This document shows, piece after piece, positions 28,960 to 38,718 of a stretch of DNA of 52,911 nucleotides. The notes beneath the pieces were generated by a model, which was not told the origin of the DNA, searched no databases, and saw nothing but the letters and a program-made list of their open reading frames with translations. Origin of the DNA: a virus (taxonomy: Duplodnaviria; Caudoviricetes); the IMG/VR virus record IMGVR_UViG_3300037478_000858, positions 1 through 52,911 of that record. One strand, 5' to 3'. Both the position numbers and the translations under genes were made by a program. Each line of letters begins with the position of its first letter. The stretch's first letter is position 1.

Positions 28960-29394
28960 ATGCGGGCGTTGCTGATGGTGGTGGTGGTGCTGGGGGCGAC
29001 TGCGGGTGGGTGCTGCGATACGGCGTTCGTGGGCGAAGAGGTCCCACCTCCAGAGGGGGCGAACGAGGCTGTGGAGTCGATCCACACCTCCTACCAGGAG
29101 ATGTTCGTCCGAGGTCCAGTGGAGCTCGGCTTCCGCTGGACAGACAGCATCCGCAACAGCGAAGGGCTCAACGTGCAGGGGTGGGCAGCTCGGTGCGGAG
29201 AGATTTGGATTCGCGTCGACCCCGACGATCGCACCTCGGACACCGCAGCAGCTCACGAGGCGGCGCATTGTTACGCCGGCCATGTCGGCGAGCATTGTGG
29301 CTTCGCCGACGATTCTCACAGTGAAGCGTGGATATGGGGAGCTGACGGCCTCGTCGAGCAAACCAACAGCAACCTCGCGAGTCTCGACCTCTAG
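28960..29394 (+). CDS. Lipoprotein with HExxH zinc-metallopeptidase motif (moron, antisense to late genes)
   Basis: Hydrophobic leader ending TAGG-C; TAAAHEAAHCY...H. Confidence 0.7.
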   Translation: MRALLMVVVVLGATAGGCCDTAFVGEEVPPPEGANEAVESIHTSYQEMFVRGPVELGFRWTDSIRNSEGLNVQGWAARCGEIWIRVDPDDRTSDTAAAHEAAHCYAGHVGEHCGFADDSHSEAWIWGADGLVEQTNSNLASLDL

Positions 29395-29406
29395 CGTGCC
29401 TTGGCG

Positions 29407-30312
29407 CTAGGTGGCGCCCCCGGTCACTCGATACCACACCCCGTTGTAAAACTGGAATTGCGCCGCAGCCGGAAAGCTTGCTGGCCCGGCGGAGGTCTGG
29501 CCGGCATTCGGCGTCACCTCGCCATCGTTGATCGGGCTGGTGTTGATCATGAAGACGATCTCACCGTCTGCGGGGTTCGCTTTCAGCGTGATGTCAGGAC
29601 CGGATCCAGCCCCGGCAAAGGCAGCGCCGGCGGCATGGTCCGGCAGGGTGTCCCCCGACGCGAGTGACAATATCTCGCGGATAGCGCGGATCCCAAACCG
29701 ACTCCGCAGATCTGTGACGTCGGCCTGCTCGATCAGCGCGACCCCGGTGTCGACCAGCACCTCGGCGAACACGACCTCGCCCGCCGGCGGCGACGGGGCG
29801 ACCGGCGAGGCCGCCGGCGTGCCCGGCGTGTAGGTCACGGTCAGCTTGGTCCGGGTCCGCTTGTCGAGCGACTGCGACGTGATGGCCCCGGTGGTGCCGT
29901 CCTTGACGATGCGCGACTCTGAGTCGCCGACGTCGGCGTCCTCGATCGTCGCCGAGAACACGTCGATCCGCGGGTTCGACCCGTCGGCCGCGTCGACTGT
30001 GAAGGTGTCGTCCGCGCCAAGCTGGTGCATCAGCACCTGTGGGTCCGGCGCGCCGGGGTCGGCGGCTAGGCGCCACAGGATCGGCGCCAGCCCGGTGACG
30101 GTGAGGTCCATGGTCGCGCCATCGGCGGTGACCTTCAGGGCGTCGCCGAACGCGCGGAGCTGCGCACCGCCGCTCAGTGCCGCGTCGAGCAGGAAGCCGA
30201 GGTTGCGGCGCACGAGATTCTGGAGCTCGTTGAGGTCCTTCGGGGTGCCGAGCTCGGTGCTGTTGAACAGGACCTCGGCGGGGTTGGTGTACTCTTTCGC
30301 TAGCTGGGGCAT
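29407..30312 (-). CDS. Tail fibre/baseplate-associated structural protein
   Basis: AADGSNPRIDVF...PVAPSPPAG...LAEV-like fibre N-terminal pattern; last gene of the tail module. Confidence 0.55.
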   Translation of the reverse strand: MPQLAKEYTNPAEVLFNSTELGTPKDLNELQNLVRRNLGFLLDAALSGGAQLRAFGDALKVTADGATMDLTVTGLAPILWRLAADPGAPDPQVLMHQLGADDTFTVDAADGSNPRIDVFSATIEDADVGDSESRIVKDGTTGAITSQSLDKRTRTKLTVTYTPGTPAASPVAPSPPAGEVVFAEVLVDTGVALIEQADVTDLRSRFGIRAIREILSLASGDTLPDHAAGAAFAGAGSGPDITLKANPADGEIVFMINTSPINDGEVTPNAGQTSAGPASFPAAAQFQFYNGVWYRVTGGAT

Positions 30313-30315
30313 GGG

Positions 30316-30636
30316 TTAGACCTCCGTGGCGGCTTCGAATTCGACGACCTCGATCGAGGGCGGATCCCACCAGCCGCCGGTCGGCAACAGGGTGAACGAG
30401 AAGACGCCGGCATTCTCGACGACGCTGGAGTGGTCGGCGAACAGCGGCTGGAACGCGGCACCGTCGTAGACCAAGAGCGTCCAGTACGGATCGGTGCCCA
30501 GCTTGGCCCAGATGGCGATCGCGTGCGAGGCGGTGAGCGCCGCGACGTCGAAGGTTATCGGCGTCCAGCGCGCGGCCTCGCGGTCGGCGCCGAGGGTGCC
30601 GCCGTGGGCGGGGGCGAAGTTGGTGATGTTAGCCAT
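30316..30636 (-). CDS. Hypothetical structural protein
   Basis: RBS GGAG; beta-rich; tail module. Confidence 0.55.
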   Translation of the reverse strand: MANITNFAPAHGGTLGADREAARWTPITFDVAALTASHAIAIWAKLGTDPYWTLLVYDGAAFQPLFADHSSVVENAGVFSFTLLPTGGWWDPPSIEVVEFEAATEV

Positions 30637-30653
30637 CGATGTCGCTCCGATGC

Positions 30654-30764
30654 GATAAGGTGGACATACCTGCTCGGAGGCGTCGGCCCCATTGAAGAGC
30701 GATGCTGCCCACCGGCGGCTGGTGAGATCCGCCTCTTCCGACGCCTCTGAGCAATCCCTTCATC
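30654..30764 (-). ncRNA. Long rod-like intergenic hairpin in the late transcript
   Basis: TGCTCGGAGGCGTCGG...CCGACGCCTCTGAGCA outer stem, GAAGAG/CTCTTC inner stem, CACCGG/CTGGTG apex. Confidence 0.55.
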
Positions 30765-31383
30765 AGGGCTCCTCGATTTCGACGGAGTGGGTGACGCCGC
30801 CGGCCTTGTGTTGCCTCGCGTCCTCGGAGATCGCCGCCGCGGTGCCGCCGGGCGTCCCGTCCGGCAGCACGAGAACGAACAGCGTCAACCGAGTCATCCA
30901 GCGCCAGCCGAATGCGCTGCCATCTGGGTCGGCCAGGAAGCCGAACCCGTCCGCGTCGGCAGGGGTTCCGGGCGTGTCGAGCAGGAAGAACCCGAGGTCG
31001 GGTCCCTCGAGCATCGTCGCGCTGCCGACCACGCCCGCGAGCGCCAGCAGGGCATCGGCGCGCGCGAGCAGCACCGGCCGCGTCACGACGTCGCCCGGGA
31101 CCTGGAGCCGCTCGACGAGCTCGGCGTCGGCTTCGTCGGCCTGGCGCCGGGTGCCGCGGTCGCGGGCGTGGGCGTCGAGCCATGTCCCCTCCGCCAGCGT
31201 GAGGTACGTCTGCCGGGTCCAGTCATCGACCACCGCGCCGGCGAACCGCACCATCTCGGCGAAGGCCTCGAGGTCCTCGCGCTCGCGGTCGGCCCGGCCG
31301 TAGTATCCGGGGATCGCCGTCTGCGCGTGCTCGACGAGCTCGTCGACTGCGCGCCGGCCGGGGATGGTCCACGAGAACGCCAT
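30763..31383 (-). CDS. Baseplate wedge protein (P2 gpI-like position)
   Basis: AEGTWLDAHARDRGTRRQADEADAELVERL pattern; downstream of baseplate J. Confidence 0.65.
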   Translation of the reverse strand: MAFSWTIPGRRAVDELVEHAQTAIPGYYGRADREREDLEAFAEMVRFAGAVVDDWTRQTYLTLAEGTWLDAHARDRGTRRQADEADAELVERLQVPGDVVTRPVLLARADALLALAGVVGSATMLEGPDLGFFLLDTPGTPADADGFGFLADPDGSAFGWRWMTRLTLFVLVLPDGTPGGTAAAISEDARQHKAGGVTHSVEIEEP

Positions 31384-31529
31384 CAGCGCTCCACCCTCCC
31401 CCGGCAGCGGCTCCGCCGGAGCGCCCGCGCCTCGGCGCGAGCCTGGGTCTCTTCGCGGGCCTCACGCCACGCCGCGGCGAGAACGTCGGCGATGTCCACG
31501 AGCGCCCCAATGAGGTCGAGGGCCAGCAT
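31383..31529 (-). CDS. 48-aa hypothetical protein (not in ORF track)
   Basis: MLALDLIGALVDIADVLAAAW...; TGATG overlaps at both ends. Confidence 0.45.
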   Translation of the reverse strand: MLALDLIGALVDIADVLAAAWREAREETQARAEARALRRSRCRGRVER

Positions 31530-32608
31530 CAACTCACCGAGGTGCTCCCCAGCTCCGCGCGGATGATTTGGTTGCTCGCCGGTGCCACGTCGGTGGCCGG
31601 CGTGTTGACGACGACCTCCTTGATGGCCTCGGTGTCCACCGAGCGCGCCGCGGCGCGGATGAGCGACCGATAGAGGGTCTCGCCCGGGCGGAGCCGGTTG
31701 ACGGCGCTCACGACGGCCTGGCGGGCCGCCAGAGCCAGCGCCGCCGGCGAAGCGCCGACCTGGACCACGAGCGAGATATCGATCGCCTGGACCACGCGCA
31801 CGCCGCCGGTGACCGTGAGCGAGACGCCCGCCGCCCGCCAGTTGACGAGCTCGGCCTCGACAGCTGCCTCCATCGCGCCGTTGGAGTTTCCATCGGCGTC
31901 GGCCACAAAGACCGTCGTCGAGCCGGCGATGGTGTCCTCGACGACGCTGGCGGTCTGCACCGTCTCGACCTGAAGAGCCCCGACCACCAGGGCGTCGAGC
32001 GTGGCGCGACGGATGGTCCGGTCGCGCCCGCGGACCCGGGCGCGGATGTCGGGGTCGCTCTCCTCGGCAGCGCCACCGGCGAAGCGCTCGGCGTTCGCGA
32101 CACTGAACCCGGACTCGAAGAGCTCGTCGAGGATGCGGGTGACCGCGCCGGCCACGACGTTGCCCTCGGCGCCGGCCTGCGCAGCCTCGGCCGCCACCGT
32201 CTTGGACGTGTCCACGTCGGCGAAGACCGCATCAGCGGTGGTGACGAAGATCTGGGTGTTGCCCGCGGCGTCGGGCGTCGTCGCGACCCGCGTCCCCGTC
32301 GGGATGTTGCCCGCAGCGCCGGCCCCCGCGCGCGAGAAGGTGACCTCGCCGATCGCCTCGGTGGCCTCGAGGCGGTCGATCTTCCAGTGGTCGCGGACCA
32401 GTTCGGTGAGCAGGTCGCCCTCGGAGGTCTCGAGGAAGGTCGCCGCGACGTTGCTGGCGCCGCGACCGATCACCAGGTCCGCCATCGCCGTCGCCGCCCA
32501 GAGCTGCACGTCGGTGATGTCGCCCGGCGAGACCACCAAGCCCTTCCGGCGGATCAGCAGGACGGCGCGGCCGAGGTCGTACAGATCGCGTGCGCTGGGC
32601 TCGGGCAT
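31529..32608 (-). CDS. Baseplate J-like protein
   Basis: IPTGTRVAT...AAQAGAEGNV...FAGGAAEESDPDIRARV. Confidence 0.9.
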   Translation of the reverse strand: MPEPSARDLYDLGRAVLLIRRKGLVVSPGDITDVQLWAATAMADLVIGRGASNVAATFLETSEGDLLTELVRDHWKIDRLEATEAIGEVTFSRAGAGAAGNIPTGTRVATTPDAAGNTQIFVTTADAVFADVDTSKTVAAEAAQAGAEGNVVAGAVTRILDELFESGFSVANAERFAGGAAEESDPDIRARVRGRDRTIRRATLDALVVGALQVETVQTASVVEDTIAGSTTVFVADADGNSNGAMEAAVEAELVNWRAAGVSLTVTGGVRVVQAIDISLVVQVGASPAALALAARQAVVSAVNRLRPGETLYRSLIRAAARSVDTEAIKEVVVNTPATDVAPASNQIIRAELGSTSVS

Positions 32609-32610
32609 GG

Positions 32611-33060
32611 CTATCTACCTCCGATGACGATGGGCGAGAGGGTGAGGTCGCGGCCGTCGCGGCCGGCGACGCGGATGGTGACCCTCAGCCCGACGCGGCC
32701 GTCGACGGTGACCCTCTCGAGCTTGGCCTCGCGAACGGTGACGACCCGGTCGTTGGCGGCCAGTCGCTCGAGCAGACGCTGCTGGCGCTCGTCGAGCGTG
32801 GCCTGCGAGAGCGCCCGCTTGACGACCTGGGCGAGGCCCATGCCGTACGCGTCGCGGAACACGAGCTCGCCCTCGCCGGTCTGCGCCTCGCCGAGCACCG
32901 ACTGGCGGATGGCGTCGAGACCTTCGACAGTCGCCCAGTCACCGGATGGCGAGACCACGAGGTTGCCGGCGGCGAACAGGATGTCGGCGCCGCCGAGGGG
33001 TGACGGTGGCGGGCCGACGGGCGGGTCGGGCTCGGCCGGCATGGTCCAGGCGAAGCTCAT
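32611..33060 (-). CDS. Baseplate wedge / sheath initiator (gp25/gpW-like)
   Basis: GDWATVEGLDAIRQSV...TGEGELVFRDAYGMGL...NDRV. Confidence 0.7.
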   Translation of the reverse strand: MSFAWTMPAEPDPPVGPPPSPLGGADILFAAGNLVVSPSGDWATVEGLDAIRQSVLGEAQTGEGELVFRDAYGMGLAQVVKRALSQATLDERQQRLLERLAANDRVVTVREAKLERVTVDGRVGLRVTIRVAGRDGRDLTLSPIVIGGR

Positions 33061-33386
33061 CGCGCCTTTCTGCGCCCGGCGTCCACCGCGAGCCGCGCCC
33101 GGCTGGCGATCCGCGCGAGCGCCGGGCTACGCTTGGCGAGCGACTCACCGCTCTCGTCGGTGGACTCGAGGGCGGCGACGAGCTCCTCGAGGTCGGCGGT
33201 CGCGGCGTGGAAGGGCTCGGCGTCGAGCGCCTGGACCACGAACGCGCCGCCCTCCCAAACGCCGGGGGTGGTCTCGACGAATACCGCCGGGTCGAGGGCG
33301 AAGGCTGCCGCGGCGGTGGGGAAGTCCTCGGCTTCGACGCGCCGGAGCACCTTGCCGCCGTTGATCGAGATGTCGAAATGTTTCAT
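33057..33386 (-). CDS. Hypothetical protein
   Basis: ATG 33386 overlapping the upstream stop. Confidence 0.55.
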   Translation of the reverse strand: MKHFDISINGGKVLRRVEAEDFPTAAAAFALDPAVFVETTPGVWEGGAFVVQALDAEPFHAATADLEELVAALESTDESGESLAKRSPALARIASRARLAVDAGRRKAR

Positions 33387-34048
33387 CAGGCTACCTTTCG
33401 GAAAAGCTGAGCCTCGGTGCCGGCGAGGATGCGGCTTGAGGCGGTCGATCCGATCTGCACGGACGGGACATCGCTCGTGGCCAGATCTCGACCCCCGAGA
33501 ACGAAGAAGTTGGTCCCGTTGTTCGTTGCCAAACCGTTGAACAGCGTTGGCTCGCCGGCCCGCTTGGATAGCTCGATCGAGACAATGAGCCGATCGGGAC
33601 TGTTCGTTTGGCAAAGGCTCAGGTCGCTGGCCCTGTCAAACGAGAACCCGTCCGATCGCAGCATCGTGCTCGCGTAGTTGGTCCCGTCCGTGAACGTTCC
33701 GCGGAGCCCCAGCAACGTGTTGTGGGTCGTGCCCGTCGCGCTGTGTAGCCAGAGCAGCAGCTTCCACACCTCATCCGCGTCGAGCGACAACCCCGAGCCC
33801 ACCGTAAAGCTGGTCACCGTCGAGCCCACGGTCACGATGTCGGTGAGGGGTGCCCAGAGGCCGCCGGTGTCGAGGTGGGGCTCGAGCACCTCCGCGGCCG
33901 CCTTCCAGCTGTTCTGCTGGCCCTCGAGCATGAAGGCGGCGAACTCCGGGGTACCAGGCGCCGGGAACGGGTCGGGCACCGCCGGCACCGTCGCCGTGCG
34001 CAGCGCCTCCTCGATGTCGATGCCGAGCTGGTCGCTGAACGCGCTCAC
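33386..34048 (-). CDS. Putative tail-tip/receptor-binding protein
   Basis: Ser/Thr/Gly-rich beta-sandwich-like C-terminus ending SVQIGSTASSRILAGTEAQLF; GTG start 34048. Confidence 0.45.
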   Translation of the reverse strand: MSAFSDQLGIDIEEALRTATVPAVPDPFPAPGTPEFAAFMLEGQQNSWKAAAEVLEPHLDTGGLWAPLTDIVTVGSTVTSFTVGSGLSLDADEVWKLLLWLHSATGTTHNTLLGLRGTFTDGTNYASTMLRSDGFSFDRASDLSLCQTNSPDRLIVSIELSKRAGEPTLFNGLATNNGTNFFVLGGRDLATSDVPSVQIGSTASSRILAGTEAQLFRKVA

Positions 34049-34590
34049 GACAGCTTGCTCCCCGTCTTCGCGGTCGCCAGCGCCGCGTTGTAGGCAGTCA
34101 CCGCGGCGTTGATCGCCGCCGTCACCCCGCCGCCGACGCCCGCGGCCGCCGACGCGATCGTCGCCAGCACCGGCTGAAGCAGCGCGTCGTGGGTGTCGGC
34201 CTTGTAGGTCGGCTCGACCTGTCGACTCAGCGGCGGCGACCCCGCCTCGATGTACACCTCCGCCGCAGCGATCAGCTTGCGTCCCGGGGCGACGTCGGCC
34301 GGTACCGAGCCGGTCGAGGCCACGCCGACGATCACCGCGACGCCCTCGACCTCGCCGGCCGGGAAATGGACCAGGACCTCGTCGCCCTCGTCGGGGATGT
34401 ACCAGTCGGCCGCGTTGTTGGCGAGGTTGGCCCAGACCACACGCCCCTGGTCGTGGAGCGCCACCGAGATCACCAGCTCGCCATCCGCGTTGACCTCGTG
34501 GACTGCGGTCGCGCCCTCGTCGCGCGCGACCAGCCCGAGCTGGCACCAGATGCCGCCATCGCCCGCGAGCTCTCGCAGCGCCGCGCTCAT
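34045..34590 (-). CDS. Baseplate spike (gpV-like OB-fold)
   Basis: VVWANL...WYIPDEGDEVLVHFPAGEVEGVAVIVG. Confidence 0.75.
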   Translation of the reverse strand: MSAALRELAGDGGIWCQLGLVARDEGATAVHEVNADGELVISVALHDQGRVVWANLANNAADWYIPDEGDEVLVHFPAGEVEGVAVIVGVASTGSVPADVAPGRKLIAAAEVYIEAGSPPLSRQVEPTYKADTHDALLQPVLATIASAAAGVGGGVTAAINAAVTAYNAALATAKTGSKLS

Positions 34591-35903
34591 CCGACCGACC
34601 TCTGCTCGTCGAGCTCGCGCGGCTCGTAGGCGTAGTTGACCGCCTCGACCGAGATGGCCATGCCGTCGTCGATGGCGTAAGCGAACTCGGCGAGGCGCGT
34701 GTAGTGGGGCTGTCGCGCATGGATGAGCCGCTCGTAGTTCTCGGCGACCACCGCGGCGACCGATGAGCTGTAGCCCCGGGCGAGGAGGTGCTCGACGCGC
34801 TGCGCCGGGTTCAGCGCCCGCATGGCCTCGGCGTTCCAGGGATCGAACTCGACGACGACCGGTCGACCGCCGCGCAGCTGGAACAGGTCGGCCTCGTTGC
34901 GCGTGCGGAGCCAGCGCGTCCCGAACTTGTAGCTCGCCTCGGCCCTCGCCATGTTCTCGTAGCGGATCTCGGCGTACCTCCTCAGCGCGGCCTCGTCGTA
35001 CTCGCCGCGGGGCGCCGGCAGAAACACCCGCTCGTCCTTCGCGAGCCCGAGTCCGACGTCGGGCGCCTCGTGCTTGCGCGGGTAGAGGACCTCGACGCGC
35101 TTGCGGGTCTTCGGGTTGTACCCGACCACGCGGATCTGCGGCACGCGCTCCTTGGCGAAGCGGCGCCGGACCTCGAGCGACTCGAGCTCGTGACCGTAAG
35201 CGATCACCGGCGCCTGCGCGAGCGACGCCGCGGTCTGGGTCTGCGGGTCGCTGATGACGATGTCCTCGCCGCGGACGAAGACGATGAACCCGTGCGACAG
35301 GCACAGCTCGTAGATGACGTCCCAGACGCTCTTGCCCGCAGCGACCGGCTGGCCCTTCTTGTTCGTCGCCCTCCGGGTTGCGCCCGTCGTGGGCGGCACC
35401 GGCGTCGCGGTGGACTCGTACTGCACGCGGAACCGGAGCGACGCGCCGGGGGGCGCCGCGTCGTCGGCGAGTTCCTGGACGACGCGGTCGAGCGGCCGGC
35501 CGGCGGGCACGCGCTTGCGTGGATCCCACTGCTGATCGAGCAGCAGCCCGGTGTAGTCGCGGCCCTCGAGGCGGATGCTCTGGTTGTCTTCGTCGACCGT
35601 CATCCCGCCCTCGTCGGCGAGGCCGATCACCATCCGGGTCTCGGGCACGATGCGATCCGGCTCGTCGTAGAGCTCGGCGGCCCACATATGGACCGCGACC
35701 ACGGCCGAGCGGATGAGGTCCGGGTCGAGCGGCAGCACGCGCTGGTCGAACTCGATCGACCACGTGTCGGCCTCGTGGTAGCCGGTGAGCGCGACGTTGG
35801 CCGAGTCCGGCTGGACCTCGAGCAAGATCGGCCCGATGTCGGGACCGCCGCGGCCGTCGAAGACGACCGAGACCTGGGCGGTGCATCTTGGATAGAACAG
35901 CAT
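34587..35903 (-). CDS. Baseplate hub (gpD/gp44-like)
   Basis: IRLEGRDYTGLLLD...WDVIYELCLSHGFIVFVRGEDIVI; position between LysM and spike genes. Confidence 0.75.
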   Translation of the reverse strand: MLFYPRCTAQVSVVFDGRGGPDIGPILLEVQPDSANVALTGYHEADTWSIEFDQRVLPLDPDLIRSAVVAVHMWAAELYDEPDRIVPETRMVIGLADEGGMTVDEDNQSIRLEGRDYTGLLLDQQWDPRKRVPAGRPLDRVVQELADDAAPPGASLRFRVQYESTATPVPPTTGATRRATNKKGQPVAAGKSVWDVIYELCLSHGFIVFVRGEDIVISDPQTQTAASLAQAPVIAYGHELESLEVRRRFAKERVPQIRVVGYNPKTRKRVEVLYPRKHEAPDVGLGLAKDERVFLPAPRGEYDEAALRRYAEIRYENMARAEASYKFGTRWLRTRNEADLFQLRGGRPVVVEFDPWNAEAMRALNPAQRVEHLLARGYSSSVAAVVAENYERLIHARQPHYTRLAEFAYAIDDGMAISVEAVNYAYEPRELDEQRSVG

Positions 35904-36943
35904 CAGGCCGCCCTCTCCGGGATGACGAGCTCCTCGGTGCCGTCGAGGCGCAGGCTCGTGAGGTTGTTTGCGAGATAGATTGACCTCCAGCCATCGCTGG
36001 TCCCGTAGTACTGCCGCGAGATGGCGTAGAGGCTCTCACCGGCCGACGGTCGGTGAATCGCCTGCGGCTCGGCCCGCGCCAGCGCCCGCGCGTCGCGCTC
36101 GGCCGCGGCGGAATCGCCGGCCAGCCCCAACGCCTCGGCCGCCGCGTTCTTGGTTTGCTCGGCGAAGCGCAGATTCTCAAGGGCGCTGTCGAACGCCACC
36201 GACACGTCGCTCCTGGCCCGGACAACAGCCAGAGCCATCGCGTGCGCCGCGTCGCGGATGCCCCGGAACGCCGCCGCCGCCTGCACCAGCCCGCCAGTCG
36301 CGTCCTGCAGGAGGCCATCGGTGACCACCGAGCTCGCCGCCGCGGTCGCCGAGTTGAGGTTGGCAACCTGCTCGTCGAGCGCTTCGAGGATGGCGTTCTT
36401 GCGCGGGATGGCTGCGAGCGCAGCGCGGCGCGAGGCCAGCCGGTCCGTCCCGACCTCGAGGCCGGCGACGTGCTGCCCCAGCGGCTTGACCGAGCGTCGA
36501 GCGACGCGAGCGACGCCGGCGCCGAACCGGTGCGGCGAGAACGTGACCTCCCAGCCGATGCGCGCGGCGCGACGGTAGGCCACGCGCAGGTTGGTGATGA
36601 GGCCGGTGAGCGAGAGGCCCTCGAACTCGATGCGCACCAGCGGCGCCCGCTCGACCAGTTTGCGGAACGCGTCGAACATCGAGCGCGCCGTGCCGACCCG
36701 GAGCCACTTGTCGTTCCACTCGCCGCGGATCCCGAACGGCTCCCACGCCACCGAGGTGACCTGCTCGACGACCTCGACGCCGCCGGGGACCCGCCGTCGG
36801 ATGGTCCCGACATCGAGCTCGAGAGGGATCTCGCCGACTGGCGAGCTGTGCTCCTCGGGGGTCCACCGGAACACGGCGGGCGAGTCGATGACGCCGGCGC
36901 CGGTGCGCCGCAGCTCGGTGATCTGGAAGACGCGGCGGGCCAT
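35903..36943 (-). CDS. Tail tube initiator with C-terminal LysM
   Basis: GESLYAISRQYYGTSDGWRSIYLANNL...LVIP; follows tape measure. Confidence 0.8.
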   Translation of the reverse strand: MARRVFQITELRRTGAGVIDSPAVFRWTPEEHSSPVGEIPLELDVGTIRRRVPGGVEVVEQVTSVAWEPFGIRGEWNDKWLRVGTARSMFDAFRKLVERAPLVRIEFEGLSLTGLITNLRVAYRRAARIGWEVTFSPHRFGAGVARVARRSVKPLGQHVAGLEVGTDRLASRRAALAAIPRKNAILEALDEQVANLNSATAAASSVVTDGLLQDATGGLVQAAAAFRGIRDAAHAMALAVVRARSDVSVAFDSALENLRFAEQTKNAAAEALGLAGDSAAAERDARALARAEPQAIHRPSAGESLYAISRQYYGTSDGWRSIYLANNLTSLRLDGTEELVIPERAA

Positions 36944-38718
36944 CAGAGCCCTCCACCGCCGAGCGCTGACTTCGCTCGCCGCGGCGCGCGAACCTGCTTG
37001 GCGGCGTACTCCGAGAGGTCGCGGATCCACCGGTCCGGGTCCTTCGCGGGGACCTCGACGCGATTGATGTTGACGTTGATGTTGGTGCGGGCGTCCTTAC
37101 GACCCTTCGAGGCGGCCGCGTCGAACTCGTCGAACAGGCCACCGAGGACGCCGGGTCCTCGTCGGAGCGCGCCGAGGTCGAAGCCGGGGCCGAGACCGAA
37201 CGTGGCCGCCGCCTCGAGATCCTTGGTCCACTTGGCCAGGTTCTGGCGCCACTCCATGGTCGCCTTCGAGAGCTTCTCCGGCTCGTCGGCGACAAGCCCT
37301 TGGGCGGCGAGGAAGCCGGACCACTGGGAGATGAACTGGCCGAGCTGCCTCTCGTCGCCCACCAGCCGCGCCAACGGTGAACCCTCGTCGAAGCGCAGCC
37401 AGTCGGGCACCGCAGACTTCTCACGACCGAAGCCCTGGTGTCCCCCCTGGAACACCCCGCCCCGCGTGACGCCCTGGGACTCGAGGTCTTGCAGGAGCAC
37501 CTTGGCGAACCCGGCGTGGCCGCCCCGGGCCATTTCAGCTGCCCATGCAAGGCCGTGCTTTCTAACGTCCTCTTTGATCCCTTCCTCTTGTTTGCGGTCG
37601 AGGTAATCGGCGAGTGCCTGCGCACCGGCGGCGAGCCCCGCGAGCGCGGTGGTGGCGCCGCCGAGCCGCTGTGTGAAACCGGTGATCCCGGGCGTGGTCC
37701 CGCCGAGCGAGGCGCCGAACTGGGAGATGAGATGCACCGGGGCGGCGAGGATGCCGCTGGCGGCCTTGACGCCCTTGAAGATCAGCGCCGCCTTGGTAAT
37801 CGAGAGCAGCACGTCGCGGTGCTTGAACAGGAACCCGCCGACATCGCGAGCGCCGCGGGCGAGAGAGAGCACGCCCTGCCCCGCCGACTTTACGAAGGAC
37901 CGAACGCGCTCCTGGTTGGCGTCCAGCCATTTGTTCCAACGCCCGAGCTCGGCCGTGATCTCGGCGAACAGCGGCTGGCCGACCTTGCCGAGCGTCTGTT
38001 GGAGCTGGTCCTTGAACGTCGAGAGCTGGCCGCTGAACGACGTGCCGAACTGCTTGGCCGAGTCCGTGAGGCTCTGCTGCGAGAGCGCCTGCTTGACCAC
38101 GCCCGCTCGCTCGCCGCCGTCGCTGATCTTGCTGAACTGCTCGCGGTTCATGCCGATCCCGCCGAGCAGCTGCTGGGCGTAGATATCCCGCCCCGTGATG
38201 GTGCCGGCGAGCATCGCCCGGATGTCCTGCGAGATCAGGTCCGTCCGGCCGCCCGCGAGCGCCTGGCCGGCGATGATGCCGCCCCGGGTGATCTCGGCGA
38301 GGTCCTGCACGCCGAGCCCGGCCTGTAGGACCGAGCCGGCGATCGAGCTGGCCATCTCGGCGAAGTCCCTGGTGGTCGCCGGTGATGCCTTGGCCATCTC
38401 GCGCAGGGTGCCGAACAGCCCCGCCGCTTCGACCCTGGCGTCGGCGAACGGCTTGCGCAGCTGCATCGCCAGCACCGTCTGTAGCGAGGTCTGGAGGTTC
38501 TCCATGTCGGCGTTGAAGCCGATGAGACTGCGCTGGGCCTGGCGGAACCCGAGCCCGGCCACGAGGGTCGCGCCCACGCCCATGAGCGTGCGCTTCAGGC
38601 CGGCGCCGGCGCGGTCGGCCCTCGCCGCCGACTGCGAAACCTTGTCGAGCTGGCGGCTCGCCACGTCCTGGGTGACGTACTTGGTCGTGACGATGTAGGT
38701 CGTGCGCTCGGTGCCCAT
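36943..38718 (-). CDS. Tape measure protein (591 aa)
   Basis: Ala/Gly-rich helical ORF after chaperones; SFSGQLSTFKDQL-type motif. Confidence 0.85.
   Translation of the reverse strand: MGTERTTYIVTTKYVTQDVASRQLDKVSQSAARADRAGAGLKRTLMGVGATLVAGLGFRQAQRSLIGFNADMENLQTSLQTVLAMQLRKPFADARVEAAGLFGTLREMAKASPATTRDFAEMASSIAGSVLQAGLGVQDLAEITRGGIIAGQALAGGRTDLISQDIRAMLAGTITGRDIYAQQLLGGIGMNREQFSKISDGGERAGVVKQALSQQSLTDSAKQFGTSFSGQLSTFKDQLQQTLGKVGQPLFAEITAELGRWNKWLDANQERVRSFVKSAGQGVLSLARGARDVGGFLFKHRDVLLSITKAALIFKGVKAASGILAAPVHLISQFGASLGGTTPGITGFTQRLGGATTALAGLAAGAQALADYLDRKQEEGIKEDVRKHGLAWAAEMARGGHAGFAKVLLQDLESQGVTRGGVFQGGHQGFGREKSAVPDWLRFDEGSPLARLVGDERQLGQFISQWSGFLAAQGLVADEPEKLSKATMEWRQNLAKWTKDLEAAATFGLGPGFDLGALRRGPGVLGGLFDEFDAAASKGRKDARTNINVNINRVEVPAKDPDRWIRDLSEYAAKQVRAPRRAKSALGGGGL

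Noticed and set aside
34045-36813. 922-aa minus-strand ORF as a giant tail protein
   Set aside because: Only the last 181 codons (from ATG 34590) are the spike gene; the rest is an alternative frame over the hub and LysM genes.
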